A stretch of DNA of 64,000 bases, taken from contig JAFGIK010000031.1 in the NCBI GenBank assembly GCA_016929645.1, forward strand, positions 2,548 to 66,547. Reading direction: 5' to 3'. This DNA is from Candidatus Dojkabacteria bacterium. GTDB taxonomy: Bacteria > Patescibacteriota > Dojkabacteria > SC72 > JAFGCJ01. Of this stretch, positions 38,122 through 48,481 are shown piece by piece. Each line of letters begins with the position of its first letter. Within the stretch, counting starts at the first letter, position 1. A program made the translations under genes and the position numbers. The notes beneath the pieces are model-generated. The model was not told where the DNA came from and ran no database searches. It saw only the letters and a program-made list of their open reading frames with translations.

Positions 38122-39303
38122 ATGACAAATTCAGTTCTAATACATTATGGAGAGCTTGGACTCAAAGGGAAAAACTTAAGAGATTTTGAAAATAGACTCC
38201 GCAAGAATATTCAAGCAAAGATAAGCAAAATTGACAGTACGACTAAAACAGAGCTACATCATAAATATCTCGTTCTAACTCATGAAAATATCGAGCAAAA
38301 AGACAAAGTAGGTGATCAATTAAGTAAAGTTTTTGGTATAAAATGGTTCGCAAATGTCCGAACACTCGATCGAAACTTAGACTATTCTGAAATCGTGAAG
38401 GAAGTCATAAAAATCGCAAGTAGTACTAAAGATTCGGACACTACATTTAGAATTACATGCAAAAGAGCTGACAAAAGATACCCCATGAAATCAGGTGAAA
38501 TAGAACAAGAAATCGGACATTCCGTTATTGAGCAAACAAAACTAAAAAAAGTGAACTTAAATTCACCAGAAATAGAGATTTTTGTTGAAATTAACAACGA
38601 TTTCATATTCATATTCAGTGATAAACAAAAAGGCGCCGGAGGGCTGCCAGTAGGAAGTGGAGGAAGAGTACTATGTCTTCTTTCTGGAGGATTTGATTCA
38701 CCGGTTGCAGCTTATTTAATAGCCAAAAGAGGATTTCATGTTGATTACCTACATTTTTATGTCCAACCAATAAACGAAGAATCAAAAATATGTAAAATAG
38801 TTAAGGCGCTAAATTCCTATACATCTGACCACACCAACAGAAATCGCATATATGCTTCACCATACCTCCCTTTTAATATGGAAATACTACAAATTGAAAC
38901 AAGGTACGAACTCGTATTATTTCGAAGATTTGTACTGAAGTATGCAGAGAAACTGATTGAAAAATACCACTACAAAGCAATAGTTTCAGGTGACAATATT
39001 GGCCAGGTAGCATCTCAAACAATAGAAAACATTATTGCTTCCGAAGATGCACTTGCGCAATCAATTTGCTTTAGACCGTTACTGAGCTTTGACAAAGAGG
39101 AGATTTTGCAAATATCAAAACGCATCAAGCTTTTTGATATTTGCAAAATCTCCCACAAAGATTGCTGCTCTCTGATCGACAAGCATGCCAAGACAAAAGT
39201 AACTATAGAGCGAATAAGGTATGAAGAATCGAAGCTGAAAAATTATGATGGGATAATAAAAAATACAGAAAAAGAGCAGCAAATCATAGAAATAGATCAG
39301 TAA
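38122..39303 (+). CDS. thiI: tRNA 4-thiouridine(8) synthase / sulfurtransferase ThiI
   Basis: N-terminal IHYGELGLKGKNLRDFENRL, a THUMP region, and the PP-loop VLCLLSGGFDSPVAAYLIAKRG. Confidence 0.8.
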   Translation: MTNSVLIHYGELGLKGKNLRDFENRLRKNIQAKISKIDSTTKTELHHKYLVLTHENIEQKDKVGDQLSKVFGIKWFANVRTLDRNLDYSEIVKEVIKIASSTKDSDTTFRITCKRADKRYPMKSGEIEQEIGHSVIEQTKLKKVNLNSPEIEIFVEINNDFIFIFSDKQKGAGGLPVGSGGRVLCLLSGGFDSPVAAYLIAKRGFHVDYLHFYVQPINEESKICKIVKALNSYTSDHTNRNRIYASPYLPFNMEILQIETRYELVLFRRFVLKYAEKLIEKYHYKAIVSGDNIGQVASQTIENIIASEDALAQSICFRPLLSFDKEEILQISKRIKLFDICKISHKDCCSLIDKHAKTKVTIERIRYEESKLKNYDGIIKNTEKEQQIIEIDQ

Positions 39304-39658
39304 AGCCACGTTACAAATACGATACGAATAAAACCATACAATCTTAAACAAACCGCGACAAAGTAATATAATATATCAGCACAGGCATTTATCCTAAGAA
39401 TTTATATATTACAGCGATCAACAACAGCCTATAGGATAAGAAATCACATAACATAATCGTGTTACAAAGCATATAGTAAAAAATGGGGTTATGAAAATTG
39501 CAAAATATTGAAAATTCTTCTGCCAGTATATTTTTACAAAAAACATTATTACGACAACATTTATATCTGTTGTTTCTCGAAAAAGTCACAAAATATTGCT
39601 ACTATTGGATCTGATAAATCACAGTTAGTTGAACTTTTCGAATGGATAATAATGTTAA

Positions 39659-41293
39659 TCAATTCAATAATTTTTTAACTTCATCTATGTCATTCCACTC
39701 AAATTCATCTACCCCAAAGCAAAGGCTTTTTTCATGCCCCTTGCCACACATAATCACAACATCACCAGCCTTTGCAAGTTCAAGAGCCTTGATAATAGCA
39801 TCACGACGAACCTGAACATTTATCGAGTCATCATCAAAACGCATAAAAACTTGAGATTTCTGATTAGCAGTAGTCTTCCAACCTCGTTCAATTTCATCAT
39901 TTATATCTTTTAAACTCTCAGTCCTGGGATCTTCTGCTGTAATAATCGTTGTATCAGCAAGGTTGCCCGCAACTTCACCCATCTTAAATCTTTTGTACTT
40001 ATCTCGCTTTCCTGCACATCCAAATACAACAATTAATTTATTTCCATCGCTCTTTTTAAGCCTTACTGCCGAATTCAAAGCCACATTAAGAGCATTGGGG
40101 GTATGAGCAAAATCAACTATCACCGAAAAAGGTTGTTTTTGAAGTATTTCCATACGTCCAAGTACAGTTTTAAAATCAACAAGGGCTTTTGCAGCAATAT
40201 TCTTGGGAACATCTAAAGCAACACAAGCAGAAATCGCGGCAAGTGAGTTGCTCACATTGTATTCTCCGAAAATTGGAATATATACATCACAAGCAATCTC
40301 ATCATTTCCAAATTTTAACTTATACTTAATTCCATTTTCATTAAATGTTGTATCTGCTGCACTTATTATATTTTCATTAAAATCCTGTGAGAATCCCTCA
40401 GATAAACCATAAACTAATGGCTTGATACCAAGATTACTGCACAACTCATTAAGTTTTGTGAAAGATCTTTTATCATCATTATTTATTACTACAGAACCAT
40501 TTTCTTTAAGATGATTCTTGATAAGTCGTGATTTTGCTTCATACAAACCTTCCCAATCCTTGTGATAATCCAGATGCTCTTCGGTAATATTCGTATAAAC
40601 AGCAACATCAAATTTAACTCCAGCCAAACGGCCCATCGACAAGCCGTGTGAGGTAGATTCGATAATAATATGAGTACAATTAGCATCTTGCATTTTCTTT
40701 AGAACCTTAAACAATTCTTGAGATGATGGAGTAGTTACATGAAAACCTGTATCGATTTCTTCATTTCCGATTTTTGCAGACACAGTTGAAATCAATCCCG
40801 GTGTAAAGCCATTTTCTGAAAGGATATCATAAATCATTGAAGAAGTTGTTGTTTTGCCATCAGTTCCTGTAACTCCAACGTATTTGACCTTCTCATAATC
40901 AAGATTATACAAAGGAGCGATGTCCGAATCTTGAAATGCCTTCAATTCCTTATCCGATAATTTTCCTGATTCATAATCACTTATCAGTTTATCGAAAAAT
41001 TCTCCAACCTCTACGACCCCAATGTCCGAATTATTTTCTTTCAGTTTTTTTATTATTTCATCGGGGTACGCATAGGTATAAACACAAATATCTGTATTTT
41101 TATCAAAAGGCTCATCAGGATTTTTTAATTTTACCTTTGCTCCAGATTTAATGATTTCTTTAACATTATCACTCTCTTTTAAGTCATATCCTGTTACTCT
41201 AGCCCCAAGCAAAAGGAAAAAACGAGCGACATAATAAATTCCACCACCTCCAATACCTGCACACACAACGTTTTTTATTTTTGAATATTTCAT
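39659..41293 (-). CDS. murE: Mur ligase with a MurE-type central and C-terminal region, but a MurC/MurD-like N-terminal Rossmann domain
   Basis: The region VGVTGTDGKTTTS ... HVTTPSSQELFKVL ... IIESTSHGLSMGRLAGVKFDVAVYTNITEEHLDYH ... DFAHTP ... VVFGCAGKRDKYKRFKMGEVAGNLADTTIITAEDPRTE matches MurE blocks. The N-terminal VVCAGIGGGGIYYVARFFLLLGARVTGYD resembles the MurC/Mpl/MurD dinucleotide-fold domain. Confidence 0.7.
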   Translation of the reverse strand: MKYSKIKNVVCAGIGGGGIYYVARFFLLLGARVTGYDLKESDNVKEIIKSGAKVKLKNPDEPFDKNTDICVYTYAYPDEIIKKLKENNSDIGVVEVGEFFDKLISDYESGKLSDKELKAFQDSDIAPLYNLDYEKVKYVGVTGTDGKTTTSSMIYDILSENGFTPGLISTVSAKIGNEEIDTGFHVTTPSSQELFKVLKKMQDANCTHIIIESTSHGLSMGRLAGVKFDVAVYTNITEEHLDYHKDWEGLYEAKSRLIKNHLKENGSVVINNDDKRSFTKLNELCSNLGIKPLVYGLSEGFSQDFNENIISAADTTFNENGIKYKLKFGNDEIACDVYIPIFGEYNVSNSLAAISACVALDVPKNIAAKALVDFKTVLGRMEILQKQPFSVIVDFAHTPNALNVALNSAVRLKKSDGNKLIVVFGCAGKRDKYKRFKMGEVAGNLADTTIITAEDPRTESLKDINDEIERGWKTTANQKSQVFMRFDDDSINVQVRRDAIIKALELAKAGDVVIMCGKGHEKSLCFGVDEFEWNDIDEVKKLLN

Positions 41294-41332
41294 AATTTTT
41301 TAATTAAAACATAAATTTCTAATAAACTGAAC

Positions 41333-42298
41333 TCAAATTGATTTCAAAGATCTATAAATTTGCCCTAAAGCTTGTGAATTTGCACCACGATGACCACCAT
41401 CAACACGAGAAAAAATAACGTTATCTTTTGCATATCGCTCTACCAAACCCTTAGGAATAATTGTATCACCTTTATTTTCAATTACTAATGTCCGAATATC
41501 ATTATAAGTCTTCTGAATCCGACGAACATATTTTTCAAAATTATTAAAAGAATGTGAGTTTTTCCATGAATCAGGCTTCCTTATTTCTTCACTAAAATCT
41601 TTACCAAAATTTATTTCACGTGCTTTTTGCGAATATGCAGCAGGAACATATAGTATTACATAATCAGGCATCAAAGATGCAGCTACGTAAGCTACATCAT
41701 AGCCTCCCATACTTGTCCCAATAATTGCAATTTTTTTGAAATCTGGATAATAGCCATTATCAATATAACCAGAAAAAAGCTGTTTCCTGTACTTCTCAAA
41801 CTTTTTATCTCTAAGAATAGAAAAAATTAATCTCAAATCATTTTCTCTTGTCTTCAAGCTGTATCCTGTTACATTTTTCTTTGAGTTAAACCCTCGAAAA
41901 TCAAGCATTATTGGTATGCATTTTTCAGACAAGATAGAGCAAAGTGTTGCAAACATTTTTTTATCAGGTATACCTTTTATACCAATGGTCCCACCTGGAA
42001 CCATAAGCAATAATGGCAACTTCTGTTTTTTTGATGTCCGAATTATTTTTTTTGCGTAATTTCGCTTAACTGATTTATCAAACGGCAAGTATAAATTAAC
42101 AATTTGATCTTCTGAATAACCAGGATCTTTGAAATTTACGCTGAATTTAAGAACGTTCATTATTGATTTATAGCTTGAAATTTCGCCATCTCTTGTTAAT
42201 CGCCTTGTAACAACAAGGTTGGGAGTTATTTTTGAACGATAAGATCTATCAAATTTAACAGAACTTATAATGATTTCTGAGTTTTTATTTTTCTTCAT
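41333..42298 (-). CDS. alpha/beta-hydrolase fold protein (serine hydrolase) embedded in the mur operon
   Basis: GxSxG nucleophile elbow IIGTSMGGY. Possible His in VDGGHRG. Its stop and the murC start overlap (ATGA at 42295-42298). Confidence 0.6.
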   Translation of the reverse strand: MKKNKNSEIIISSVKFDRSYRSKITPNLVVTRRLTRDGEISSYKSIMNVLKFSVNFKDPGYSEDQIVNLYLPFDKSVKRNYAKKIIRTSKKQKLPLLLMVPGGTIGIKGIPDKKMFATLCSILSEKCIPIMLDFRGFNSKKNVTGYSLKTRENDLRLIFSILRDKKFEKYRKQLFSGYIDNGYYPDFKKIAIIGTSMGGYDVAYVAASLMPDYVILYVPAAYSQKAREINFGKDFSEEIRKPDSWKNSHSFNNFEKYVRRIQKTYNDIRTLVIENKGDTIIPKGLVERYAKDNVIFSRVDGGHRGANSQALGQIYRSLKSI

Positions 42299-43671
42299 TT
42301 CAAAACTAGCTCAGGGACAACACTGTTATGTAAATCTCCAGCACTTGCAAGTACAATTACAAAATCACGTCCATTATCAAGATTATTAATTTCATTGATT
42401 GTATTTTCAAAGTTTTGGGTATATTTAATTATCTTGTCAGGATTTGATTCTCGCAGTATTCGGACAAAATTAGACTCGCTGATCATTGCACGCTGTTCTT
42501 CCGTCTCACGCTTTGGAGAAAAAATATTTGGCACCAAGACAATATCTGCATTATCAAGCGATTTAGCAAACTCGTTTATAAAAGTAAAAGATCTTTCAAA
42601 AGAATGAGGTTGAAAAACCAATATTGTTTTCTTATCAGGATACTTTTCCTTTGCACCTTGAAGGCATGCAGAAATTTTAGCAGGATTATGAGCAAAATCC
42701 CGATAAACAGGTGTGCCTTTTTTTGTATTCCCCATAAATTCAAATCTTTTAGCCATTCCAGGGAAACTTGCTAAACTTGCACTTATTTCATCTTCATTAA
42801 ACCCTAAAGCAATACCGGTAGCATAAGCTTTTTGCATATTCAAACGATTATGATCTCCAGATAACATCGTCTTTATTTTTGCCACTTTTTCAGCATATTT
42901 TGATGAATCCAGAATGCTTAGCGATTTGTTATTAATGACTACCTGGTCATTTACAAATCTTTCATTTACTCCAGAAAGATCTATAACGATAGAATTCTGA
43001 GTGTTATTAAGAAACTCAACAAAAGCAGAATTGTAGTCTTCAAGATCTTTGAAATAGTCAGTATGATCAAGCTCAATATGCGTCACCACAGAGATAAATG
43101 GGTTAGGAGTCCTGTCTAAAAATTGACGTTTGTACTCACAGGCCTCAATTACCATATATTCACTTTCCGTACTAACATGCCAATTTTTCTCCATTCCTGA
43201 AATATAATCCTCAGAATCCCCAATTATGTAACTTGGTAAGCCATCAATTTCTTTTATCATCCAGGCAATAAGTGCTGAGGTCGTTGACTTGCCATGAGTC
43301 CCAACAATTGAGATTGTTTTGTAATTTCGGCTTATAAGGCCAGTCATCTGGCCAACTGTAATTGCCGGAACGTTCAATTTATCAGTCATTTCGCACTCAG
43401 GGTTCCCTGGAGCAGGAGCGTTTGGAAAAATCACTAAATCCAGATCTGTTGAGATATAACTTGCATCATGACCACCAGGGTATAAAATACCCTTATCCTC
43501 CCAGATCTTTCGATTTGGATCATCCTGGGTATATTCAGAAGCAGTGACTGTAACACCTTTACTAATTAAAACAGTTGCACAGAAGCTACTGAATGGCGAT
43601 AAAAGTCCAATAAAATGAACCTTTTTTAATTTGTTAATATTAATGTGTTCTACATCTTGTCTAGAAAGCAT
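42295..43671 (-). CDS. murC: UDP-N-acetylmuramate--L-alanine ligase MurC
   Basis: ISIVGTHGKSTTS and VIEACEYKRQFLDRTPNPFISVVTHIELDHTDYF (MurC block E.DE.D.SFL...TNIE.DH.D). C-terminal FAHNPAKISA. Confidence 0.8.
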   Translation of the reverse strand: MLSRQDVEHININKLKKVHFIGLLSPFSSFCATVLISKGVTVTASEYTQDDPNRKIWEDKGILYPGGHDASYISTDLDLVIFPNAPAPGNPECEMTDKLNVPAITVGQMTGLISRNYKTISIVGTHGKSTTSALIAWMIKEIDGLPSYIIGDSEDYISGMEKNWHVSTESEYMVIEACEYKRQFLDRTPNPFISVVTHIELDHTDYFKDLEDYNSAFVEFLNNTQNSIVIDLSGVNERFVNDQVVINNKSLSILDSSKYAEKVAKIKTMLSGDHNRLNMQKAYATGIALGFNEDEISASLASFPGMAKRFEFMGNTKKGTPVYRDFAHNPAKISACLQGAKEKYPDKKTILVFQPHSFERSFTFINEFAKSLDNADIVLVPNIFSPKRETEEQRAMISESNFVRILRESNPDKIIKYTQNFENTINEINNLDNGRDFVIVLASAGDLHNSVVPELVLK

Positions 43672-43683
43672 ACACGATAAAAA

Positions 43684-45108
43684 TTAAAGATTATTAACAA
43701 ACTTATTAAACTGAGCACCTCGATCAAACTCATTCTGAAACATATTAAAACTAGAACCGCCAGGACATAATATTATCATATCACCGTTTTCAGCCATACT
43801 TGATGCCTTTTTCACAGCCTCTTCAAAATTTCCAAAATACTTTGAAATCTCAATATTTTTAACTTCAGAGTCGTCGAGAGCCTGAGAAATTTTCTCCGAC
43901 GCCGTACCTTCAAGCAAAACAAGACCTTTTAGATATTCATTAAAAAGAGGGACAAGACTTGAATAATCTAGTCCCTTATCAACGCCACCTGCAATCATTA
44001 TGATTTTCTTTGGAAATTTAGGACCAAATCGCTTTAGCGCAACAATCATAGCCTCAAGCGTTGTAGCGCACGTATCGTTATAATATTTCACACCGTTAAG
44101 CTCACGAATCAACTCCTGTCGCCCCTCAACACCCGAAAACTCATTTAAAATTTCATTAACTATATTTTTGCCTTCATCTTCAAGGATCTCTACTCCATGA
44201 AAACTAACAGTTGCAATAGCACAAAGCATATTGTACAAATTATGCTCTCCTTCCAATTTCGCTTTGCCAAGATTAATTCCTGATTTTTGAGAACCATGAT
44301 AAACATTTAGCTCATCATCACAGTAAAAATCAGCTTTATTGTTTTTTAATGAAAAAGTTATTAAATGTGAACTAACTTCGTCAGAAAAATTTCGAGTTAT
44401 CTCATTGTCAAGATTAATGACACAATAATCATCTTTACTTTGAAATTTAAAAATATTTTTCTTAGCGTTGATATAATCATCCATATCAGCATGCCAATTC
44501 AAATGATCAGGATAGATATTCGTCACAACTGCTGTCATCGGTGACACTTTTGATTGGCCCATAGCATCTAACTGAAAACTTGAAATTTCAAGCACAGCTA
44601 GATTTTCTTTAGTTAGATTTTTAAGCTCCCGAATAGCACTTTTTCCAATATTCCCTGCAAGCAAAACCTTATCTCCATATTTTTTCTCAAGAAATTTATA
44701 AATCAGCGTTGTTGTTGTCGATTTTCCACGCGTACCTGTAATACCAATAATAGGGCAGGGCGCTAGCTTATGAAACAGACTCATCTCCATTTCAATCATC
44801 TTACCAGCATTCTTTGCAATTTCGATTAATTCGTTTCCAGGTTTAATTGCAGGATTTCGTATAATTATGTCATTATCAAGAAAATCCTGTTTAGGATTTT
44901 CTCCAAGATGATAAGTAATCTTATCACCATATTTTTTCAATTTCGCAAGCGAAGGAGTAAGATCTTGCTCTGTTTTTCCGTCGGTTATTGTCACCTGAGC
45001 ACCAGCTTCAATAAAAAAATCCACCATTCCAACACCACCATCGTTTAGACCGAGGCCGAAAATAAGGACTTTTTTATTTTTAAAATCGGAGAGTTGCATT
45101 GAAAACAA
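43684..45108 (-). CDS. murD: UDP-N-acetylmuramoylalanine--D-glutamate ligase MurD
   Basis: KKVLIFGLGLNDGGVG N-domain, IGITGTRGKSTTT, VLEISSFQLD (MurD LELSSFQLE block), and NIYPDHLNWH. Confidence 0.8.
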   Translation of the reverse strand: MFSMQLSDFKNKKVLIFGLGLNDGGVGMVDFFIEAGAQVTITDGKTEQDLTPSLAKLKKYGDKITYHLGENPKQDFLDNDIIIRNPAIKPGNELIEIAKNAGKMIEMEMSLFHKLAPCPIIGITGTRGKSTTTTLIYKFLEKKYGDKVLLAGNIGKSAIRELKNLTKENLAVLEISSFQLDAMGQSKVSPMTAVVTNIYPDHLNWHADMDDYINAKKNIFKFQSKDDYCVINLDNEITRNFSDEVSSHLITFSLKNNKADFYCDDELNVYHGSQKSGINLGKAKLEGEHNLYNMLCAIATVSFHGVEILEDEGKNIVNEILNEFSGVEGRQELIRELNGVKYYNDTCATTLEAMIVALKRFGPKFPKKIIMIAGGVDKGLDYSSLVPLFNEYLKGLVLLEGTASEKISQALDDSEVKNIEISKYFGNFEEAVKKASSMAENGDMIILCPGGSSFNMFQNEFDRGAQFNKFVNNL

Positions 45109-45116
45109 GTAACAAT

Positions 45117-46148
45117 TTAATATACGTTAACTTCACGTTCTAATTGAACACCATATTTCTCTTTTATATCATTTATTATTTCTTCAGAAAATGCAAAGAT
45201 TTCATCACCTGCAGCATTACCAAAATTAACAATGATAATTGGTTGTTTTTCATATGAGCCTACATTGCCAGTTTTTTTGCCTTTCCATCCTGCATTATCT
45301 AAAAACCATGCAGCAGGAATCTTAACAGATTGATCATCAACATCAAAAGAAGGAATTTCAGGATATTTTTGCTGTAGACTTGCAAGCACATCACGGGAGA
45401 CTATCGGATTTTTAAAAAAACTTCCAGCATTACCCAAATCTTTCGGATCTGGTAATTTTTCTCCTCGAATTTCAGATACAATTTCATAAACATCCTTAAT
45501 TGAGTAATTCTTATCTTTTACTCTTTCTTCAAGCTTTTTTTGAATATCACCATAGCTTGTATTAAGTTTGGGTTTCGATGCCAGTTTATAAGTTACAGAC
45601 GTAATAATGTATTTATCTTTTAATTCATTCTTAAAGATACTGTCACGATAGCCAAATTTGCATTCTGTTAATGTGAATTTTTCAATCTCTCGAGTTTGAA
45701 TATTTATTGCCTCAAGCTCATGAAATACATCTTTTGTTTCAACTCCATAAGCACCAACATTCTGGATAGGTGTAGCACCAACAGTTCCAGGAATATCAAC
45801 AAGGTTTTCAACACCACAGTAATTATTTTCTACGCAATATTCTACAAAATCAGTCCAGATTTCTCCGGCTTTAGCATTAACATAAATTAATTCCCCATCT
45901 TCTTTCACAGTTTTACCTTTGTTTAATACATGCACAACGAGTCCATCGAAATCTTTTGTAAAAAGAACATTACTGCCACCACCAAGTATTATTCTCTTAC
46001 TATTTTTAAAGACGGGATCATTTAATAATTCTTTAATTTTATCTTCAGAATCAACAGCAACATAATATTTCGCAACAGACGCTATACCAAAGGTATTTAA
46101 ATTCTTGAGAGGTTTATTCTGCTCAATATTCATTATTGCGTTATTCAA
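45117..46148 (-). CDS. murB: UDP-N-acetylenolpyruvoylglucosamine reductase MurB
   Basis: LKNLNTFGIASVAKYYV ... RIILGGGSNVLF. 343 aa. Confidence 0.8.
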   Translation of the reverse strand: MNNAIMNIEQNKPLKNLNTFGIASVAKYYVAVDSEDKIKELLNDPVFKNSKRIILGGGSNVLFTKDFDGLVVHVLNKGKTVKEDGELIYVNAKAGEIWTDFVEYCVENNYCGVENLVDIPGTVGATPIQNVGAYGVETKDVFHELEAINIQTREIEKFTLTECKFGYRDSIFKNELKDKYIITSVTYKLASKPKLNTSYGDIQKKLEERVKDKNYSIKDVYEIVSEIRGEKLPDPKDLGNAGSFFKNPIVSRDVLASLQQKYPEIPSFDVDDQSVKIPAAWFLDNAGWKGKKTGNVGSYEKQPIIIVNFGNAAGDEIFAFSEEIINDIKEKYGVQLEREVNVY

Positions 46149-46200
46149 AAATTAAGATATTTGACATCAACTGGCTAAAATTTAAAACAATAAATCCAGG

Positions 46201-47499
46201 TTACTCAACCCATTTTACCTTAGCTCCAAGAGATTCCAACTTCTCTGCAAAGCCAGGATGAGCTCTCTTGATTGCGTCAGCACTTTTGACAACACTTTCT
46301 CCAGGAGTAACAAGAGCTGTCATAAGCAAAGCCACTGTTGCTCGAATAATCTTTGGCGCATCAACCGTCGCTGCCCTAAGTGGTAGACCACCCCAGATTA
46401 GAACCCTATGAGGATCGCAAATTAAAGCCTTTACACCAAACTTAATCAACTCCGGTATCCAGAAATTAGCTCCTTCATATACTTTATTCCAGAATAAAAC
46501 TTGCCCGTCAGTTTGGGTCGCCAAAGCCATTAATAAAGGATGCAAATCAGTTGGAAAATATGGCCACGGAGCTGCTTCAATTTTTGGAATGAAATTTGTT
46601 GTATAAGGAGATTTGACTTTAAATGATTGTTGGCCTTCAACAATGGCTGTATCTCCATTATATTTAATCTCAACTCCAAGCTTATCGAATTGTTGAACGA
46701 TCAGTGGAAAATGTTCAGGTATCGCATTTTCAACCTCAACTCGACCTCCAGTCATAGCCCCTAAAGCTAAAAACGAAGTTATTTCATGATGGTCAGAGAT
46801 TATCGCGTGTGTAGTACCACCAAGGGAATCAACACCTTCAATTTCAAGAATATTTGTACCAATTCCAGTAATTTTGGCGCCCATCGAGTTTAGAAAATTG
46901 CAAAGATCCTGAACATGTGGCTCGCAAGCTGCATTGTTAATGCTGGATTTTCCTTTAGCCAATACAGCTGCCATAATAAAATTCTCAGTAGTCGTAACAC
47001 TTGCATATTCACGCCAGATGTTTGCTGCCTTAAATCGTTCCTCTATTGTTACCTCAAGTTTACTATCTGAATCATATTTAACGTTAGCCCCAAGATCTTT
47101 TAGTACATCAAGATGGGTGTCAACTTCTCGTATACCAAGTGAACACCCCTTGATCTGAGCATCAGCTTCGAGCTTCTTTAACCGTGAAATCATCGGAGCC
47201 AAAAACAAGATTACACCTCTTGCACCCATTGGAAATTTTCCTTTGAATCCATCAAGATTTATATCATCATTCAAGAGTTCCATGGTACAACGATCTTTGT
47301 CCCAATTAATTTTTGAACCAAGACTAATCATTATATCCACAGCTTCTTGTACATCTGTCAAATCAGGGACATTTGTAAGTGTTACTTTTTGAGTAGTAAG
47401 TAAAGTCGCAGGAATAATTGGCATAATGGCATTTTTATTACCAGCTGGAGTTATTTTCCCCATAAGTTTGGAGCCACCAATAATATGTAAATCAGCCAT
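46201..47499 (-). CDS. murA: UDP-N-acetylglucosamine 1-carboxyvinyltransferase MurA
   Basis: MADLHIIGGSKLMGKITPAGNKNAIMPIIPATLL. Active-site Cys in IKGCSLGIREVDTH. 432 aa. Confidence 0.85.
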   Translation of the reverse strand: MADLHIIGGSKLMGKITPAGNKNAIMPIIPATLLTTQKVTLTNVPDLTDVQEAVDIMISLGSKINWDKDRCTMELLNDDINLDGFKGKFPMGARGVILFLAPMISRLKKLEADAQIKGCSLGIREVDTHLDVLKDLGANVKYDSDSKLEVTIEERFKAANIWREYASVTTTENFIMAAVLAKGKSSINNAACEPHVQDLCNFLNSMGAKITGIGTNILEIEGVDSLGGTTHAIISDHHEITSFLALGAMTGGRVEVENAIPEHFPLIVQQFDKLGVEIKYNGDTAIVEGQQSFKVKSPYTTNFIPKIEAAPWPYFPTDLHPLLMALATQTDGQVLFWNKVYEGANFWIPELIKFGVKALICDPHRVLIWGGLPLRAATVDAPKIIRATVALLMTALVTPGESVVKSADAIKRAHPGFAEKLESLGAKVKWVE

Positions 47500-47629
47500 A
47501 GACCGGATATTAAAAATTAATTAATTATTAAGAAGAACTTTCATTTTGAACTGCATTAGTAAACGAAGAATACGAAATAAAATTACATGGCATAACTCGA
47601 AATCCAACAAAGGTAATCGCAATACAAAA

Positions 47630-48481
47630 CTATATATCAATTCTCATGAATTTTTCGAAATTCGAATACACAGCTTTCCATAAATCTTCTTTTGAAATTC
47701 CAAGAAACTGAGCCGCATATTCTGCAACCTCATCAACAAAAATAGGTTCATTTTGAATTATTCCACGAGATTTTGCCTTATTTGGAACAAGCCAGGGACA
47801 ATCAGTCTCAAGAAGTATCTGATCAACAAGGACTTTTCCTAAGATGTCTCTAACGTTATCAGCATTACGATAAGTTAAAATTCCATTAAATGATACAAAA
47901 TATCCTCTGCTAACAATCTCGGATAAATACGACAATGATCCAGTATAGCTGTGGAAAAGACATCTCAGACTCTTGGAACCATAAGATTTTAATAATTCAA
48001 GCATTTCAGCTTCTGCATGTTTATCTCCTTCCTGATCACGACAATGCAATATAATAGGGAGTTCAAGTTCACTAGCTATTACAATTTGCCTTTTTAATAG
48101 ATCTTTCTGAAGTTCAAATATAAGACTCCGGTCTTCAATCCCGTTTTTCTTAGCCCAATAATAATCCAGACCACACTCTCCAACCGCAACAATAGGAAAA
48201 TCATGTATAAGGTTTGCAAGAATTTGGGTATTTTTAATAATCCACTTGGAAGAAATATTTTTCTGATAAATATCAGTTCCTGGAACTGTCAGCTCAGGAT
48301 GAAGACCGATGGCTGGAAGCACATTTTTAAATTCATGATTCTGCGAAATAACCAAATGTGAAGTTTCGATACTGGTTGCGGCATTAACTATATATTTTCC
48401 ACCACCATCAAAAAACCGCTTAACAACGGCTATAAATTCTTCACCTTCAAAACAATACATGTGACTATGTACATCGATCAT
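47630..48481 (-). CDS. tatD: TatD-family metal-dependent DNase/hydrolase. The start is taken as the ATG at 48481, not the extended upstream start at 48763 given in the ORF track.
   Basis: Conserved blocks MIDVHSH, AVGECGLDYYW, ILHCRDQ, and LLETDCPWL. The family N-terminus is DxHxH, and here that begins at the Met encoded at 48479-48481. Confidence 0.8.
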   Translation of the reverse strand: MIDVHSHMYCFEGEEFIAVVKRFFDGGGKYIVNAATSIETSHLVISQNHEFKNVLPAIGLHPELTVPGTDIYQKNISSKWIIKNTQILANLIHDFPIVAVGECGLDYYWAKKNGIEDRSLIFELQKDLLKRQIVIASELELPIILHCRDQEGDKHAEAEMLELLKSYGSKSLRCLFHSYTGSLSYLSEIVSRGYFVSFNGILTYRNADNVRDILGKVLVDQILLETDCPWLVPNKAKSRGIIQNEPIFVDEVAEYAAQFLGISKEDLWKAVYSNFEKFMRIDI

